A DNA stretch of 64,000 bases from Bacteroidales bacterium (GCA_024400835.1 JAKSMC010000001.1:16335-80334); one strand, 5' to 3'; positions 19,008-29,961 are shown, numbered from the stretch's first letter. The notes: generated by a model from the letters alone, not told the origin. Numbers and translations are program-made.

Positions 19008-20666
19008 TCACGCATCTCTCTTCTTGGCAATCCTCACTCGTTTCAAGTTCAGCATATTCACCGGGTTCGTGCCCATGCCAGTCACATTGGCGCGAGTGAA
19101 ACGCACCACTTTGTCATAGTAAAGCACCACGAAAGGCGCATCGGCAACCAGCAGCGAGTCCATACGCGTATAGCAGTCATTGCGTTGTGCTTCGTCGGCG
19201 CAACGTTGTGAGCGCTCGTACAGTTTGTCAAAGTCAGGATTGACATAATAGGTATAATTCGAGCCCACAGGCTGGAGGTTTTTAGAATAAAACAAGGCCA
19301 TATAATTTTCGGCATCGGGATAGTCGCAAATCCAGGAGCCACGGAAGAAGGGAAGTTGGTAGTTGCGCATCATCTGGCGTTGTTGTGCGCCCTGCATCAC
19401 ATCCATTTTCAGCTCGATGCCGAGTTCCGACAGTTCGTGCTGCATATACTGCACCAAGTCAGCATAGGAGGCCGACACCGCCACTGAGATGGGTGGCAGG
19501 CCTTTGCCGTTGGGGTAGCCCGCCTCCGCCAGCAGTTTCGCTGCCTTCTTCGGGTTGTAGTCATAGCCACCCGTGCGCGCTGGGTTGTACGAAGGCATAC
19601 CCCGCGGCACAAAACCAGCCGTGCCGGGATAGCCAACGTTGTTGCGCAGGTATTTCATCATCTTCTCGCGGTCGAATCCGTAATTGATGGCCTGACGCAC
19701 ACGCTTATCCAAAATCGGGTTTTCCTTGTCGCCAGGCTTCAACATAAAGCCCAAATACTCCGTATTCAGATAAGGGCCTGTAAGCAACTTCACTTCATCC
19801 TTGTAATCCGGATTGAGGCGACCGTCTTTGGTCAACAAGGCATCTTTGTAGCAGGCTTCTATACCTGACATAAAGTCCAAAGAGCCTTTCATGAACTCCA
19901 TGAAGACAGACTGTTTATCGACAATGAACGAGACGGCGACAGCATCCAGATAGGGCAGTCGGGTTCCTTTTTCGTCTTTTTCAAAATAGTCTGGATTCTT
20001 ACGCATAACGAGTTTCACGCCTTCCTGCCAGAGTTGGAACTGGAACGGTCCCGTGCCCACCGGGTGATTGCGGAAATCCTTGCCGTAGTGTTCCACGACC
20101 TCTTTTGGAACGACAGAACAGTATTTCATTGTCAAGATGCCGAGGAAAGGTGGGAACGGCTCGGAAAGTTCTATTTGGAACACCGTATCGTTAAGTGCGC
20201 GAAAGGCAGCCTGGCCCTTCTCATCACGTTTTACTTTCTGAAAAATCCACGCACCCGGAGAGGCCACTTCGGAATCTAAAATACGGGAGAAACTATAAAC
20301 GAAGTCTTGGGCCGTGACCACTCTCTTTTTCTTAAACGGAAAAAATGGCGTGTCATGGAACGTCACATCGTCGCGGAGGGTGAAAGTGTATAGCAGGCCG
20401 TCTTCCGAGATGGTCCAGCTTTTGGCGATGGCCGGAACGATATTCAGCGAGTCATCCAAATCCACCAATCCGTTATAGAGCTGGTTGCACGGCCAAATCA
20501 CGGCCTGGCCCGACGCATACGCCGGGTCCAACGTCTGGATGCCGTTGGATTCGTTGTAATGAAAAATCATCTTATCCGATGTGTCGTACTTCGGTTTGCA
20601 CGCGCCAATCAGTGCTGCCAGCACCAACATCGCAATGACTATATTTACACGGAAAGAGACACGCAT
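19008..20666 (-). CDS. ABC-transporter substrate-binding protein, family 5 (peptide/nickel type), lipoprotein
   Basis: Lipobox LIGAC after MRVSFRVNIVIAMLVLAA, and an SBP_bac_5-like sequence throughout. Confidence 0.8.
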   Translation of the reverse strand: MRVSFRVNIVIAMLVLAALIGACKPKYDTSDKMIFHYNESNGIQTLDPAYASGQAVIWPCNQLYNGLVDLDDSLNIVPAIAKSWTISEDGLLYTFTLRDDVTFHDTPFFPFKKKRVVTAQDFVYSFSRILDSEVASPGAWIFQKVKRDEKGQAAFRALNDTVFQIELSEPFPPFLGILTMKYCSVVPKEVVEHYGKDFRNHPVGTGPFQFQLWQEGVKLVMRKNPDYFEKDEKGTRLPYLDAVAVSFIVDKQSVFMEFMKGSLDFMSGIEACYKDALLTKDGRLNPDYKDEVKLLTGPYLNTEYLGFMLKPGDKENPILDKRVRQAINYGFDREKMMKYLRNNVGYPGTAGFVPRGMPSYNPARTGGYDYNPKKAAKLLAEAGYPNGKGLPPISVAVSASYADLVQYMQHELSELGIELKMDVMQGAQQRQMMRNYQLPFFRGSWICDYPDAENYMALFYSKNLQPVGSNYTYYVNPDFDKLYERSQRCADEAQRNDCYTRMDSLLVADAPFVVLYYDKVVRFTRANVTGMGTNPVNMLNLKRVRIAKKRDA

Positions 20667-20710
20667 AGAACATTCAGCAAATCCCAAGAATCGTCCATTT
20701 TCATCTTCAA

Positions 20711-21673
20711 CTAAGAGAGCGATTGATTAACTTTCTTAGAAGATTTGAGAATCTGGTTGTATTCTTCAGGGGTGATTTCAGCATTGAAATAGTAGACAGG
20801 GTTCACGCGCTGGCCGTTTTTGATAACCTCATAATGGAGGTGGGAGCCCGTGGACATACCCGTTGAACCGACGTAGCCGATAACCTGGCCGCGTTTCACT
20901 TTCTGGCCCGGTTTCACAGCTTTTTTAGAAAGATGGGCGTAGAGAGTTTTGTAGGAATATCCATGATTAATGACAATGGTGATACCATAGCCGCCGCCCG
21001 GGCTTTCGCTGGAAACGGTGCCGTCAGCCGTGGCAAAGATAGGTGTGCCCTTCGGTGCGGCAATATCCACTCCGGTATGTGCGCGCAGCCTTTTCAGAAT
21101 CGGGTGATAACGGCGGCCGAAACCAGAGGTGATGGCGTACATGTTCTTCAGCGGACGAATAGCAGGAATGCAACTCAACATATCCGTCTTGTTTCCAGCA
21201 ATCTTCTCCAATTGGGCAAAAGACTTGGCCTGTGCAGCCAAACGCACGGTTAGTTTGTCTGCCTTCTTGTTGGCCTCCTTCAGCAATGTGTAGGCCTCCG
21301 TTCGGGAAATGCTGTCGAAACGGGAGTCGTCGAGAATGAGCGGATAACGCTCGCTGGCCGGCACTGGGTCAGCCTCCAAGATGGTTCGGTACACATTGTC
21401 GTCGCGGTCCTCGATATCCAACAACACGTCAGACATCACATCCAAACGGGACGTCAGGTATTCAACTTCCGACTTCAGCTCGTTGTTCTCACGTTCCAAA
21501 ATCTTCACCTTCGGAGAATCGACAAAGTAAAATGCAATCCACACAAATATCAATGCCAGTGCAAAACCACTGGCGAAAACCCAAATCACCCTTTTGAAGA
21601 CGTGCTTGAAACCAAGCTTCACCTTCTCGTATGAAAGCGTCTCTGGATTAAAGTGATAAATGGACTTTGGCAT
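20711..21673 (-). CDS. M23-family peptidoglycan metalloendopeptidase
   Basis: HTGVDIAAP and GSHLHYEV motifs, an N-terminal TM segment and a coiled coil. Confidence 0.85.
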   Translation of the reverse strand: MPKSIYHFNPETLSYEKVKLGFKHVFKRVIWVFASGFALALIFVWIAFYFVDSPKVKILERENNELKSEVEYLTSRLDVMSDVLLDIEDRDDNVYRTILEADPVPASERYPLILDDSRFDSISRTEAYTLLKEANKKADKLTVRLAAQAKSFAQLEKIAGNKTDMLSCIPAIRPLKNMYAITSGFGRRYHPILKRLRAHTGVDIAAPKGTPIFATADGTVSSESPGGGYGITIVINHGYSYKTLYAHLSKKAVKPGQKVKRGQVIGYVGSTGMSTGSHLHYEVIKNGQRVNPVYYFNAEITPEEYNQILKSSKKVNQSLS

Positions 21674-21701
21674 GATATCTATAATGGATTGTTATTCTGA
21701 A

Positions 21702-22964
21702 TTATTTACAACCGATACATATTTGGTCACCGACACCATAGTTGCTGATAGCGCCACTATTACGCTTGATGATGATCTTCAACTGGATGCCGTATTTTTG
21801 AGCAATATAGCGGTAAGTGTCTCCTGCAGCCAACGTATGGAATTCAACCGGAGACTTAGTGCTTTTCATTTCTACATAAACAACCTCATCCTCAATAGGC
21901 TCGGAATCGTCGTAAACATCATTGTAGAGACGGAGGTTCTTCTCTGTAAGTTGCAGTGATTCTGCCAACTTCTTGTAAGTATCACCGGCTTTGGCGATGA
22001 TGAACTTTGTCTTGTTGTTTTCGTATGTAGGACGTGAGGTGTACGGATAATAGGCAACTTTAAACGGCACAGAATAGGGGTCGAGGACAAAGACATTTTT
22101 GCCACCCACTTTTTCCGGTGCCGGGAGAGTAGTGACGATGGTATCGTATTTCACCGTCTTGGGCTGTTCTTTTTTATTGACAATGACGTCGATGCCGTTG
22201 ACTTGGAGCGTGTCTTGCTTGGATTTCGCAGATGGCTGCTGCTGAGCCGGAGGGGTTGTCTGCGCAGCCACGGGCTGTGTTTTCGGTGCTTGGTCTTCAG
22301 GAGTCTGAGCCGATTTTATGGTACTCGGCTGAGAGGTTGCCGTAGTCGTATAGGAGATCGGCGTAGTTGTAGTGTTCGTAGCGCGTTCAGGTTGAGGAGC
22401 AGTCATGGCCTGCAGGGCTGTCGTATCTCCGATTTTCAGAGCCACCTTGCGGTCATAATGCATCAGATAGTATTTCTCAATGATGGAAATCAGCGTGTCC
22501 GCATAGCGCGGGTTGCCGGAATATCCAGCTTCCTTCAAGCCGATGGCCCAGGATTTGTAATCCGTGATGGGATAATAGAACAGCTTCACATAGCGGCTGC
22601 GTTGGGAAAGGAACAGTGAATGATCACGATAGGATTCTTTTACAGAAGCATATTTTCTATAACAGTAATCACTGGAGTGATTTTCCGTTTCATAAAAAGT
22701 TTCACCCGTCCACTCGCTGGTATGGCACATAATGCCGAAGTGGTTGTTGGCTTCCTTAGCCACCCTGTTCATTCCAATCTTGGAAGAATAGATAGCCTGT
22801 GCCAGAGTGATACTGGCCGGAATGCGGTATTGTTCCATCTCCTGCATGGCCAGGTCTTTATACTGGTCAATATAGTCATAGACCTGATCATCAAGAGTAT
22901 AGTTCTGGGCATAGCCAGTCACAAGCCCCAATATCACTGCCAAGAGAAGTACTGTCTTTTTCAT
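21702..22964 (-). CDS. Glucosaminidase-domain peptidoglycan hydrolase with LysM repeats and a Pro/Thr/Gln-rich linker
   Basis: N-terminal glucosaminidase pattern (PASITLAQAIYSS...NNHFGI) and C-terminal LysM-like GDTY...A motifs. Confidence 0.8.
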   Translation of the reverse strand: MKKTVLLLAVILGLVTGYAQNYTLDDQVYDYIDQYKDLAMQEMEQYRIPASITLAQAIYSSKIGMNRVAKEANNHFGIMCHTSEWTGETFYETENHSSDYCYRKYASVKESYRDHSLFLSQRSRYVKLFYYPITDYKSWAIGLKEAGYSGNPRYADTLISIIEKYYLMHYDRKVALKIGDTTALQAMTAPQPERATNTTTTPISYTTTATSQPSTIKSAQTPEDQAPKTQPVAAQTTPPAQQQPSAKSKQDTLQVNGIDVIVNKKEQPKTVKYDTIVTTLPAPEKVGGKNVFVLDPYSVPFKVAYYPYTSRPTYENNKTKFIIAKAGDTYKKLAESLQLTEKNLRLYNDVYDDSEPIEDEVVYVEMKSTKSPVEFHTLAAGDTYRYIAQKYGIQLKIIIKRNSGAISNYGVGDQICIGCK

Positions 22965-22977
22965 AGTTGTTGAAATT

Positions 22978-24012
22978 TTAATGTCTTAATAAAATTTGAT
23001 CACCGGGGTGTATAATCGAATTTTCATTCAAATTATTGTATTTGAATAAATATTCTAATTGTACGCCATAGCGTTGGGAAATATATCGCAGTGTTTCACC
23101 GGTTTGCACGATATGCACACGTGCCGTGTTGGTTTTCGCTTTGGATTCGATATAGACGATTTCGTTCTCCACCGGCTGGCTGCCGTTGGGAGCGTCATTG
23201 AATTTGCGGAGGTTGGTCGCTGCCACTTGGACGTCGCCCGCAATAGTCTCGTAAGTATCACCCTTTTTGGCGATGATGAAATAGGTTCTGTTGTTTTCAA
23301 AGACCTTGCGGTAACTGAACGGGCTGTTTCCTGCGGGGTAATCGTTTCCAATAGCCGTGAACACCTTCATATTGCCGGGAGCCTTCGTTTCCTGCTTCTT
23401 GGCCGGAGTGTCCTGTGTTTTCGGTTTCTGGGATGCGGGCTCTTGCTTTTTGGTGACGCAGGCGAAATCTGCCGGGCTGGCGCCTTGCATGCAAAGCGTA
23501 TCCAGACGGGCGAGGTTATAGCGTTGAATCAGGCTGATCAGCTGGTCTGCATACTTGGGGTTGGTGGCATAGCCGTCTTCTTTCAATGTACGGGCCCAGC
23601 CGGGATAATCCAGAATGTCCAAAGCGAACAGGTTGGCATAGCGTTTTCTGTTTTTCAAGAAAAGAGAATGGTCATTAAAGGATTCGGCCACGGTTTCGTA
23701 CTTGCGGAAACATTCCTGGAGTTCGTCATCATCAATCAGGATAGTGTCACCTGTCCAATCCGTATGGCACTTGATGCCGAAATGGTTGTTGCCATCTACT
23801 GCGAGGTGGCTCTTTCCGCAGGCACTTTCGAAAATGCCCTGGGCGATGGTGATACTTGCCGGAATCTTATGTTCCACCATCTTCTGCATAGCCACGTCTT
23901 TATACTGGTCGATATACGCATAAATGTCCTTCTCGGTATATTGCGCGAAAAGACAAAACGGCATCAACATCGAAGACAGAACTATGCAAAGGATTTTATA
24001 ACTCTTTCTCAT
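22978..24012 (-). CDS. Glucosaminidase-domain peptidoglycan hydrolase with LysM repeats (tandem paralog)
   Basis: Same architecture as the neighbouring gene (PASITIAQGIFESACGKS...NNHFGIKC). Confidence 0.8.
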   Translation of the reverse strand: MRKSYKILCIVLSSMLMPFCLFAQYTEKDIYAYIDQYKDVAMQKMVEHKIPASITIAQGIFESACGKSHLAVDGNNHFGIKCHTDWTGDTILIDDDELQECFRKYETVAESFNDHSLFLKNRKRYANLFALDILDYPGWARTLKEDGYATNPKYADQLISLIQRYNLARLDTLCMQGASPADFACVTKKQEPASQKPKTQDTPAKKQETKAPGNMKVFTAIGNDYPAGNSPFSYRKVFENNRTYFIIAKKGDTYETIAGDVQVAATNLRKFNDAPNGSQPVENEIVYIESKAKTNTARVHIVQTGETLRYISQRYGVQLEYLFKYNNLNENSIIHPGDQILLRH

Positions 24013-24036
24013 TTCAAATCTTATTTCTCAAATTCA

Positions 24037-25029
24037 TTATTGCAAGGCTTCCATCACCATTTTGGTGTAGAATTCCTTAAGGTCCAAATTATTAAATCTC
24101 ACTTGTTCGGGGACGATGCTCAACGCGGTTTGTCCCGGAATAGTATTGACTTCGAGGAAATAGGCCACGCCATCATCTTCGGAGACAATAAAATCGACGC
24201 GGACGACGCCTTTGCAGTCCAGGTGATGGAACAGACGGGTAGAGTATCTTCTGATAGCCTCCTCATCAGTTTGAGAAAGAACCGCGGGGGTAATCAGTTT
24301 ATGGCCCACAGCCGAATATTTGGCGTCATAATCATAAAATTCGTTGGTAGCGACGACTTCCGTAATGGCCAGCACGCGCACATCCCCGTACACGGAGGTC
24401 ACGCCGCAGGTATATTCGTGGCCGCGCACAAATTTTTCAATCATCAGCTGATTGTCGTACTTGAAAGCCTCCTCGCAAGCCGACTCCAGTTCTTCACGTT
24501 TGTGGACCTTGGTAACGCCCACACTGGAACCGGAGTTGCAGGATTTCACGAAGCAGGGATAACCGCAAACGCGCTCCACGCGTTCGATGTCGATTTCGTC
24601 GGTGCGGTAGAAATGCAATGACGGGGAGACAGGTATGCCCAGCGCGGCGGCGGAGACATTGCAGTAGTATTTGTTAAATGTCAGCGCCGAGCAGAAACTT
24701 CCGCAACCGGTATAGGGCTGTTTTATCATTTCGAAATAGCTTTGGAGCTTCCCGTTTTCGCCGGGAGTTCCGTGGATGGCGATGAAAGCCACGTCAAAGG
24801 TTATCTTCTTCCCATCGATATTAAGGGAGAAATCGTTTTTGTCGATGGCATATTTGTTACCCTGCTCATCCGTATAGCTCCAATCGGCGCCCTTGAAATG
24901 GACGAGATAAGGGTTGAATTTTTCACGATCAAGCTGATTGAAGATATTGTCAGCCGTTCTGAGGGACACTTCGTATTCGCCGGAATCCCCGCCGGCGATG
25001 ACTGCAACGTTGTACTTATATAAACACAT
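24037..25029 (-). CDS. ddl: D-alanine--D-alanine ligase
   Basis: VAVIAGGDSGEYEVSL start and an ATP-grasp body. Confidence 0.9.
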   Translation of the reverse strand: MCLYKYNVAVIAGGDSGEYEVSLRTADNIFNQLDREKFNPYLVHFKGADWSYTDEQGNKYAIDKNDFSLNIDGKKITFDVAFIAIHGTPGENGKLQSYFEMIKQPYTGCGSFCSALTFNKYYCNVSAAALGIPVSPSLHFYRTDEIDIERVERVCGYPCFVKSCNSGSSVGVTKVHKREELESACEEAFKYDNQLMIEKFVRGHEYTCGVTSVYGDVRVLAITEVVATNEFYDYDAKYSAVGHKLITPAVLSQTDEEAIRRYSTRLFHHLDCKGVVRVDFIVSEDDGVAYFLEVNTIPGQTALSIVPEQVRFNNLDLKEFYTKMVMEALQ

Positions 25030-25052
25030 AATAATATAAAATTATGAAGCTG

Positions 25053-25060
25053 CAAAAATA
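25053..25060 (-). promoter_or_regulatory. -7 promoter box TATTTTTG for ddl
   Basis: Matches TAnnTTTG 24 nt upstream of the ATG at 25029. Confidence 0.45.
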
Positions 25061-25127
25061 CAGTTTCGGTCCTATGTTTCCAAGTAGTGTTTTTTGGATT
25101 TTTAAACAGAAAAGTGTGTATAAAGGG

Positions 25128-26957
25128 CTATTGTTGGACCTCGTGGAAATGGTAATATTCGCCTTTCAGGGCCATCAGCTGTTCGTGGTTGCCGCACTCC
25201 ACAATGCGTCCGTCCTTGACGAACAGTATCGTGTCAGCATAGCGGATAGTGCTCAGACGGTGTGCAATGACAATGGCGGTATGTTCTTTTACGTAGGGCA
25301 TCAGCGCTTCCTGGAAAAGGTACTCAGATTCGTTGTCCAAAGCGGATGTGGCCTCGTCCAGAATGAGCACCTGCGGGTTGCGCAGCAGGGCGCGGGCAAT
25401 GCTGAGCCGCTGGCGCTGGCCACCGGAAAGCCGCATCCCACGGTCACCGATGACAGTCTGATAGCCCTCCTCCATTTCCGTTATGAACTGATGGGCCTGG
25501 GCAATCTTCGCTGCCGCATAGACCTGCTCTTCCGTAACATCGGGCAGACCGAAGACGATGTTGTTGTACACCGTGTCGTGAAACAGTATGACATCCTGGC
25601 TGACCATGCCGAAGAGGTTGCGCAAATCGGAAATCCGGTACTCCTGGTTCGGCACGCCGTCTATCAGAATCTCCCCGAACTTGACATCGTAAAAACGCGG
25701 CAGAAGATCCACCATCGTGGATTTGCCGCTTCCCGACGGGCCGACAATGGCCACCATCTGCCCTTTGCGCAAGGTGAAATCTATATGGTGCAGCACATCG
25801 CAAGCCTGTTCTTCCTCGACATCATTATAGGAAAATGATACGTTTCTGAACTCTATCTTCTCTTTAAGTTCTTCTATAGACTTCGGATTTTCGCATTCTG
25901 TGATTTTCTCATCCGCATCGATAATCTCATACACACGAGATGCCGCCGTGAGACCTTTCTGCATTGTATAATAGGTCGATACCAAAGACTTGGCCGGAAC
26001 AATCAGCCTTGCGAAGACAACGAAGAACAGCATAAACTGCGTGCTTTTCCCCAATGAAAGTTCCGGCACCAGTTTGAAGCCGACAATCGTGATGAACATC
26101 ATCGCCAGGATGCACAGGAACTCAATGAGCGGAGCGCCGAGTTCGCTGATACGGAACACCTTCTTGTTGAGTCGATAGAATTTGAAATTGTTCTTTTTAA
26201 AACTCTCATAGGTATGTTCAACGGCATTATAGCCCTTGATGACGCGCAGTCCGCCGACGGCCTCCTCATACATAGAGCTCATCCGGCCGAGCAGTTGCTG
26301 GGAGCGCAGCGAATACTGTTTGATGTTACGGCCGATGTTTCCCAACAGGAATCCCATAAGCGGCAGCACAACCAAGGCGACCAGGGAAAGTTTGACGCTG
26401 ATGGAGAAGAGTGCTATGAGGAAGACGACAATCATAACCGGGTCGCGGCAGATAGCCTGCAGCGCCGAGAATATGGACCATTCCACTTCGAGGACATCGG
26501 CGCCGATGCGGCTGATGATGTCGCCTTTACGTTGTTCCGAATAGAAAGAAAGCGGAAGGACGAGCAACTTTTTGTACATATCGTTGCGGAGGTCCTTCAA
26601 TATGCCCGCCCGAATCGGAGCCAAGCAGTACATCCCCATATAGCGGCACAAATTAGACAGGAAGGAGAGCACGACCATCACGCCGGCGATATAGAACAGC
26701 GCCGAGGTTTTTCCGAAGCGCAGGATGACCGCCCCCATATAATAGTAGAAGGTGTCGATAAAATATTTCGACGACATCGCAAATTCCGGACGTGTTGCCA
26801 CCGACTGCACCTGGTCGAAAAGCACCGACAGGAAGGGCACTATCATGCCCAGTGTGAAGATGGAGAAGAAGGCATACAATATGTTGGCCACCAACACCAA
26901 AAGAATGTTGGCCTTATATTTAAGCAGATAGCGTAACAGACGTTTGAGCTGGGTCAT
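25128..26957 (-). CDS. ABC exporter, fused permease/ATPase (MsbA-like)
   Basis: Six-TM N-terminal half, Walker A GPSGSGKST, signature LSGGQRQR and Walker B ILILDEATS. Confidence 0.9.
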   Translation of the reverse strand: MTQLKRLLRYLLKYKANILLVLVANILYAFFSIFTLGMIVPFLSVLFDQVQSVATRPEFAMSSKYFIDTFYYYMGAVILRFGKTSALFYIAGVMVVLSFLSNLCRYMGMYCLAPIRAGILKDLRNDMYKKLLVLPLSFYSEQRKGDIISRIGADVLEVEWSIFSALQAICRDPVMIVVFLIALFSISVKLSLVALVVLPLMGFLLGNIGRNIKQYSLRSQQLLGRMSSMYEEAVGGLRVIKGYNAVEHTYESFKKNNFKFYRLNKKVFRISELGAPLIEFLCILAMMFITIVGFKLVPELSLGKSTQFMLFFVVFARLIVPAKSLVSTYYTMQKGLTAASRVYEIIDADEKITECENPKSIEELKEKIEFRNVSFSYNDVEEEQACDVLHHIDFTLRKGQMVAIVGPSGSGKSTMVDLLPRFYDVKFGEILIDGVPNQEYRISDLRNLFGMVSQDVILFHDTVYNNIVFGLPDVTEEQVYAAAKIAQAHQFITEMEEGYQTVIGDRGMRLSGGQRQRLSIARALLRNPQVLILDEATSALDNESEYLFQEALMPYVKEHTAIVIAHRLSTIRYADTILFVKDGRIVECGNHEQLMALKGEYYHFHEVQQ

Positions 26958-26974
26958 ATTGAAGATTGAGGGCG

Positions 26975-26982
26975 CAAAAATA
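26975..26982 (-). promoter_or_regulatory. -7 promoter box TATTTTTG for the ABC exporter
   Basis: Matches TAnnTTTG inside the shared 19-nt motif. It is only 18 nt from the ATG, so the leader would be very short. Confidence 0.4.
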
Positions 26983-27091
26983 CAATTTTAATGTGATAAA
27001 TGGCGATTTCATCCTTACGCGGCTTTTCGGGAATGTTTGAAGCCTAATAGGCTGTTGATTATCACATTTTGTGATTTTCGCATTATCGCAT

Positions 27092-27107
27092 TATTTTTGT
27101 ATTTTTG
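27092..27107 (+). promoter_or_regulatory. Tandem -7 boxes TATTTTTG-TATTTTTG for ftsX
   Basis: Two adjacent TAnnTTTG matches lie 24-32 nt upstream of the ATG at 27131. Confidence 0.5.
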
Positions 27108-27130
27108 CCGCCGTTCTAAAATTGTACACA

Positions 27131-28015
27131 ATGGCAAAATATCCAGACACCATAGATAGGATTACGAAAGCCCGTTTGAGACTCTCCGCATTCGGCTCCG
27201 TCCTGAGTATCGCGCTCACGATGTTCTTCGTCGGCATCCTTGGTTTCTTCGCCTTCTTCTCCACTCAATATCTCAAGAATCTTTCTAAAAATATTGAAAT
27301 AGAGGTCCTGTTTTATTCTGACGTCAAAGAGGCTGACATCATCGCCTTGGAACAGCAGGTCAAAGTGAAGCCCTACATTGCCGCATCGCGCGTTTCCTCC
27401 AGAGAGGACAACACCCGTGAGGCCATCAAAATCATCGGCAGCAACTACACGGAAGTCATCCCCAACCCGCTGAACGCCTCCATCATCATCAGCGTCACTC
27501 CTGAATACGCCAACACCGACTCCTTAGCTAAGATTTCCAAAGAGATCAAACGCAACGAGATCGTCCAAGATGTTGACTATCCGGACTTCATCGTCAAAAA
27601 GGTCAGCAACAACTTCCAGAAAATACAATGGGTCATCCTCGGCATTTGCGCGGTGTTCATGTTCATCACCATGCTGCTGATTGCCAACTGCATACGTTTG
27701 AACATCTACGCAAAACGTTTCAACATCAAGAGCATGCTGTTAGTAGGCGCGACACCGAAGTTCGTGCGCAAACCTTTTATCACCAAAGGCCTTATTCAAG
27801 GCATTTGGGGTGGCATCATCGCCATTATGCTCCTCGCCACCGCTCTCTTCTTCGGCAACAAGTCGGCACCCGAATTCGTGGACTTCTCACAAATGCTGTA
27901 CATTGCCATCATCTTAGGCGGCATCCTGCTGCTCAGCATCCTGTTCACCGTCATCATCTCAGCGATATCCGTGAACAGATACATCCGCATCAAAGACGAA
28001 AGACTTTATTTATAA
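27131..28015 (+). CDS. ftsX: Cell-division permease-like protein FtsX
   Basis: FtsX topology and its genomic context. The start is taken at MAKYPDT, downstream of the promoter boxes. Confidence 0.8.
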   Translation: MAKYPDTIDRITKARLRLSAFGSVLSIALTMFFVGILGFFAFFSTQYLKNLSKNIEIEVLFYSDVKEADIIALEQQVKVKPYIAASRVSSREDNTREAIKIIGSNYTEVIPNPLNASIIISVTPEYANTDSLAKISKEIKRNEIVQDVDYPDFIVKKVSNNFQKIQWVILGICAVFMFITMLLIANCIRLNIYAKRFNIKSMLLVGATPKFVRKPFITKGLIQGIWGGIIAIMLLATALFFGNKSAPEFVDFSQMLYIAIILGGILLLSILFTVIISAISVNRYIRIKDERLYL

Positions 28016-28034
28016 ATCATTTACCTATATTACA

Positions 28035-28343
28035 ATGGCAACCGTTATCACAACAAAGAAAAACGAAAAACAAAATCCTGCCAAACAAGGCAAACGCCCA
28101 CCGCTTTTCCGCAAAATCAACTATATCCTGATGATTGCAGGCGCCATCATCCTCATCATCGGTTACTTCTGCCTTAAAGGCGGTGCCGTAGCCGACCCCA
28201 ACACCTTCGACGGCGAAATCTTCAGTGCCCGCCGCACCGTGGTCTCCCCCATCTTGATGTTCGCTGGCCTCGTCATCGAAATCGTCGCCATTATGTGGCA
28301 CCCCAGAGCTCCAAAGGAAAATAAAGACCAAGAAGAAGCTTAA
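28035..28343 (+). CDS. Small membrane protein (DUF3098-like)
   Basis: Two TM segments and the conserved position between ftsX and uppP in Bacteroidota. Confidence 0.65.
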   Translation: MATVITTKKNEKQNPAKQGKRPPLFRKINYILMIAGAIILIIGYFCLKGGAVADPNTFDGEIFSARRTVVSPILMFAGLVIEIVAIMWHPRAPKENKDQEEA

Positions 28344-28345
28344 TC

Positions 28346-29167
28346 ATGAGTTGGTTCGAATCCCTTATACTCGGCATCATCCAAGGGCTGACCGAGTTTT
28401 TGCCCGTGAGCAGTAGCGGACATCTTACCATTATGTCCAACATCTTCGGTCTCTCCGGCGAGGAAAACCTGACCGTCACCGTGGTCCTTCACGTGGCCAC
28501 CGTACTCAGCACCCTCGTCATCCTCTGGAAAGAGATCGTCTGGATTTTCAAAGACCTCTTCACCAAACAGTCGTGGAAAAGCTACAGCGGCCTCAACGAC
28601 GGCACCAAGTACGCCATCAATATCCTGATATCTATGATTCCCGTGGCCATTGTGGGCTTCTTTTTCAAAGACAAAGTGGAAGAAGTCTTCGGCTCCGGCC
28701 TGCTGATTGTGGGTATTATGCTGTTAGTGACCGCCACCCTGTTGGCCTTCTCCTATTTTGCCAAACCGCGCCAACGTGAGAACATCTCCGGACTGCACGC
28801 CTTCATCATCGGCGTAGGACAGGCCGTGGCCGTATTGCCAGGACTGTCACGTTCCGGAACGACCATTGCCACCGGCCTCCTGCTCGGCAACAAGAAGGAG
28901 CGACTAGCTCAGTTCTCCTTCCTTATGGTCATCCCGCCGGTATTGGGTGAAGCTTTGTTAAACGTCATCGACATCATGGACATCGGCTTCAGCAATGCCA
29001 TGAGCGGCGTATCTCCCGCAGCGCTCATCGTCGGCTTCCTGGCCGCATTTGCCACCGGCTGCCTGGCCTGCAAATGGATGATCAACATCGTAAAAAAAGG
29101 CAAACTCATCTGGTTCGCCGTCTATTGTGCCATCATCGGCATTCTCGCCATCATTTTCGGAATCTAA
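28346..29167 (+). CDS. uppP: Undecaprenyl-diphosphate phosphatase
   Basis: [17 protein letters not shown] and PGLSRSG motifs. Confidence 0.9.
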   Translation: MSWFESLILGIIQGLTEFLPVSSSGHLTIMSNIFGLSGEENLTVTVVLHVATVLSTLVILWKEIVWIFKDLFTKQSWKSYSGLNDGTKYAINILISMIPVAIVGFFFKDKVEEVFGSGLLIVGIMLLVTATLLAFSYFAKPRQRENISGLHAFIIGVGQAVAVLPGLSRSGTTIATGLLLGNKKERLAQFSFLMVIPPVLGEALLNVIDIMDIGFSNAMSGVSPAALIVGFLAAFATGCLACKWMINIVKKGKLIWFAVYCAIIGILAIIFGI

Positions 29168-29874
29168 TGGGAAACAAACTCGTACACGAAGCCACCTTCA
29201 TGCTGCCCGAATTCGACGTGAATCCGGAGTGCGACACCCTGTTGTTTGACAAACCGTACAAATGCACCTCCTTCGACATCGTCGGCAAAGTGCGCCGCAT
29301 GGTGCAACGCCAGGTGGGCCACAAGGTGAAAGTCGGACACGCCGGCACGCTTGATCCTTTAGCCACAGGTCTGCTGATTATCTGCGTGGGCAAAATGACC
29401 AAACAGATAGACTCCATCCAAGCGCAGGTCAAAGAGTACACAGGAACGTTCCGTCTGGGCGCCACCACACCGAGCTTCGACTTGGAACATCCCGTGGACT
29501 GCGAATATCCCTTCGAGCACATCACCCCGGAATTAGCTGAAGAAGCCGCCAAGAGCTTTATCGGCAACATCCAACAGGTGCCGCCGGTATTCTCGGCCGT
29601 CAAGTTAGCCGGACGCCGCGCTTACGAACTCGCCCGCGAAGGTGAGGAAGCACCACTCGCCGCCAAAGACATCACCATCTACGACTTCGAACTTCCCAGA
29701 TTCGAACTTCCGGAAATAGACTTCCGCATCAAATGCTCCAAAGGCACTTACATTCGCGCCATTGCACGCGACTTCGGTGAGAAATTAAACAGCGGCGCAC
29801 ACCTGACTGCCCTCAGACGCACCCGCATAGGAGACTTCTCCGTTGACGACGCCATAAAACCCATTATGTTGTAA
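29167..29874 (+). CDS. truB: tRNA pseudouridine(55) synthase
   Basis: GHAGTLDPLATGLL motif. The ATG overlaps the uppP stop (TAATG). Confidence 0.9.
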   Translation: MGNKLVHEATFMLPEFDVNPECDTLLFDKPYKCTSFDIVGKVRRMVQRQVGHKVKVGHAGTLDPLATGLLIICVGKMTKQIDSIQAQVKEYTGTFRLGATTPSFDLEHPVDCEYPFEHITPELAEEAAKSFIGNIQQVPPVFSAVKLAGRRAYELAREGEEAPLAAKDITIYDFELPRFELPEIDFRIKCSKGTYIRAIARDFGEKLNSGAHLTALRRTRIGDFSVDDAIKPIML

Positions 29875-29961
29875 ATCAATTATTTATATCTAATTTGCAA
29901 CATCTTTTCCATATATAGAAAATAAAATTCTATAACTACTTGAACTATTTGAAAAAAAGTG

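Noticed and set aside
23059-24621. A 520-aa plus-strand ORF spanning the glucosaminidase and ddl genes
   Set aside because: It runs antisense across two well-supported genes and their intergenic gap. Its sequence has no recognisable motif, so I treat it as a stop-codon-poor shadow frame.
27628-28131. A 167-aa His/Arg-rich ORF overlapping ftsX in another frame. Similar cases occur at 59523..60059 in nqrB and 61356..61913 in nqrE
   Set aside because: These are out-of-frame readings of membrane-protein genes. The extreme H/R/P composition is an artefact of the frame.
28353-28363. GGTTCGAATCC, a tRNA T-arm-like string
   Set aside because: It lies in the first codons of uppP (MSWFESL). No acceptor, D-arm or anticodon stem can be built around it.
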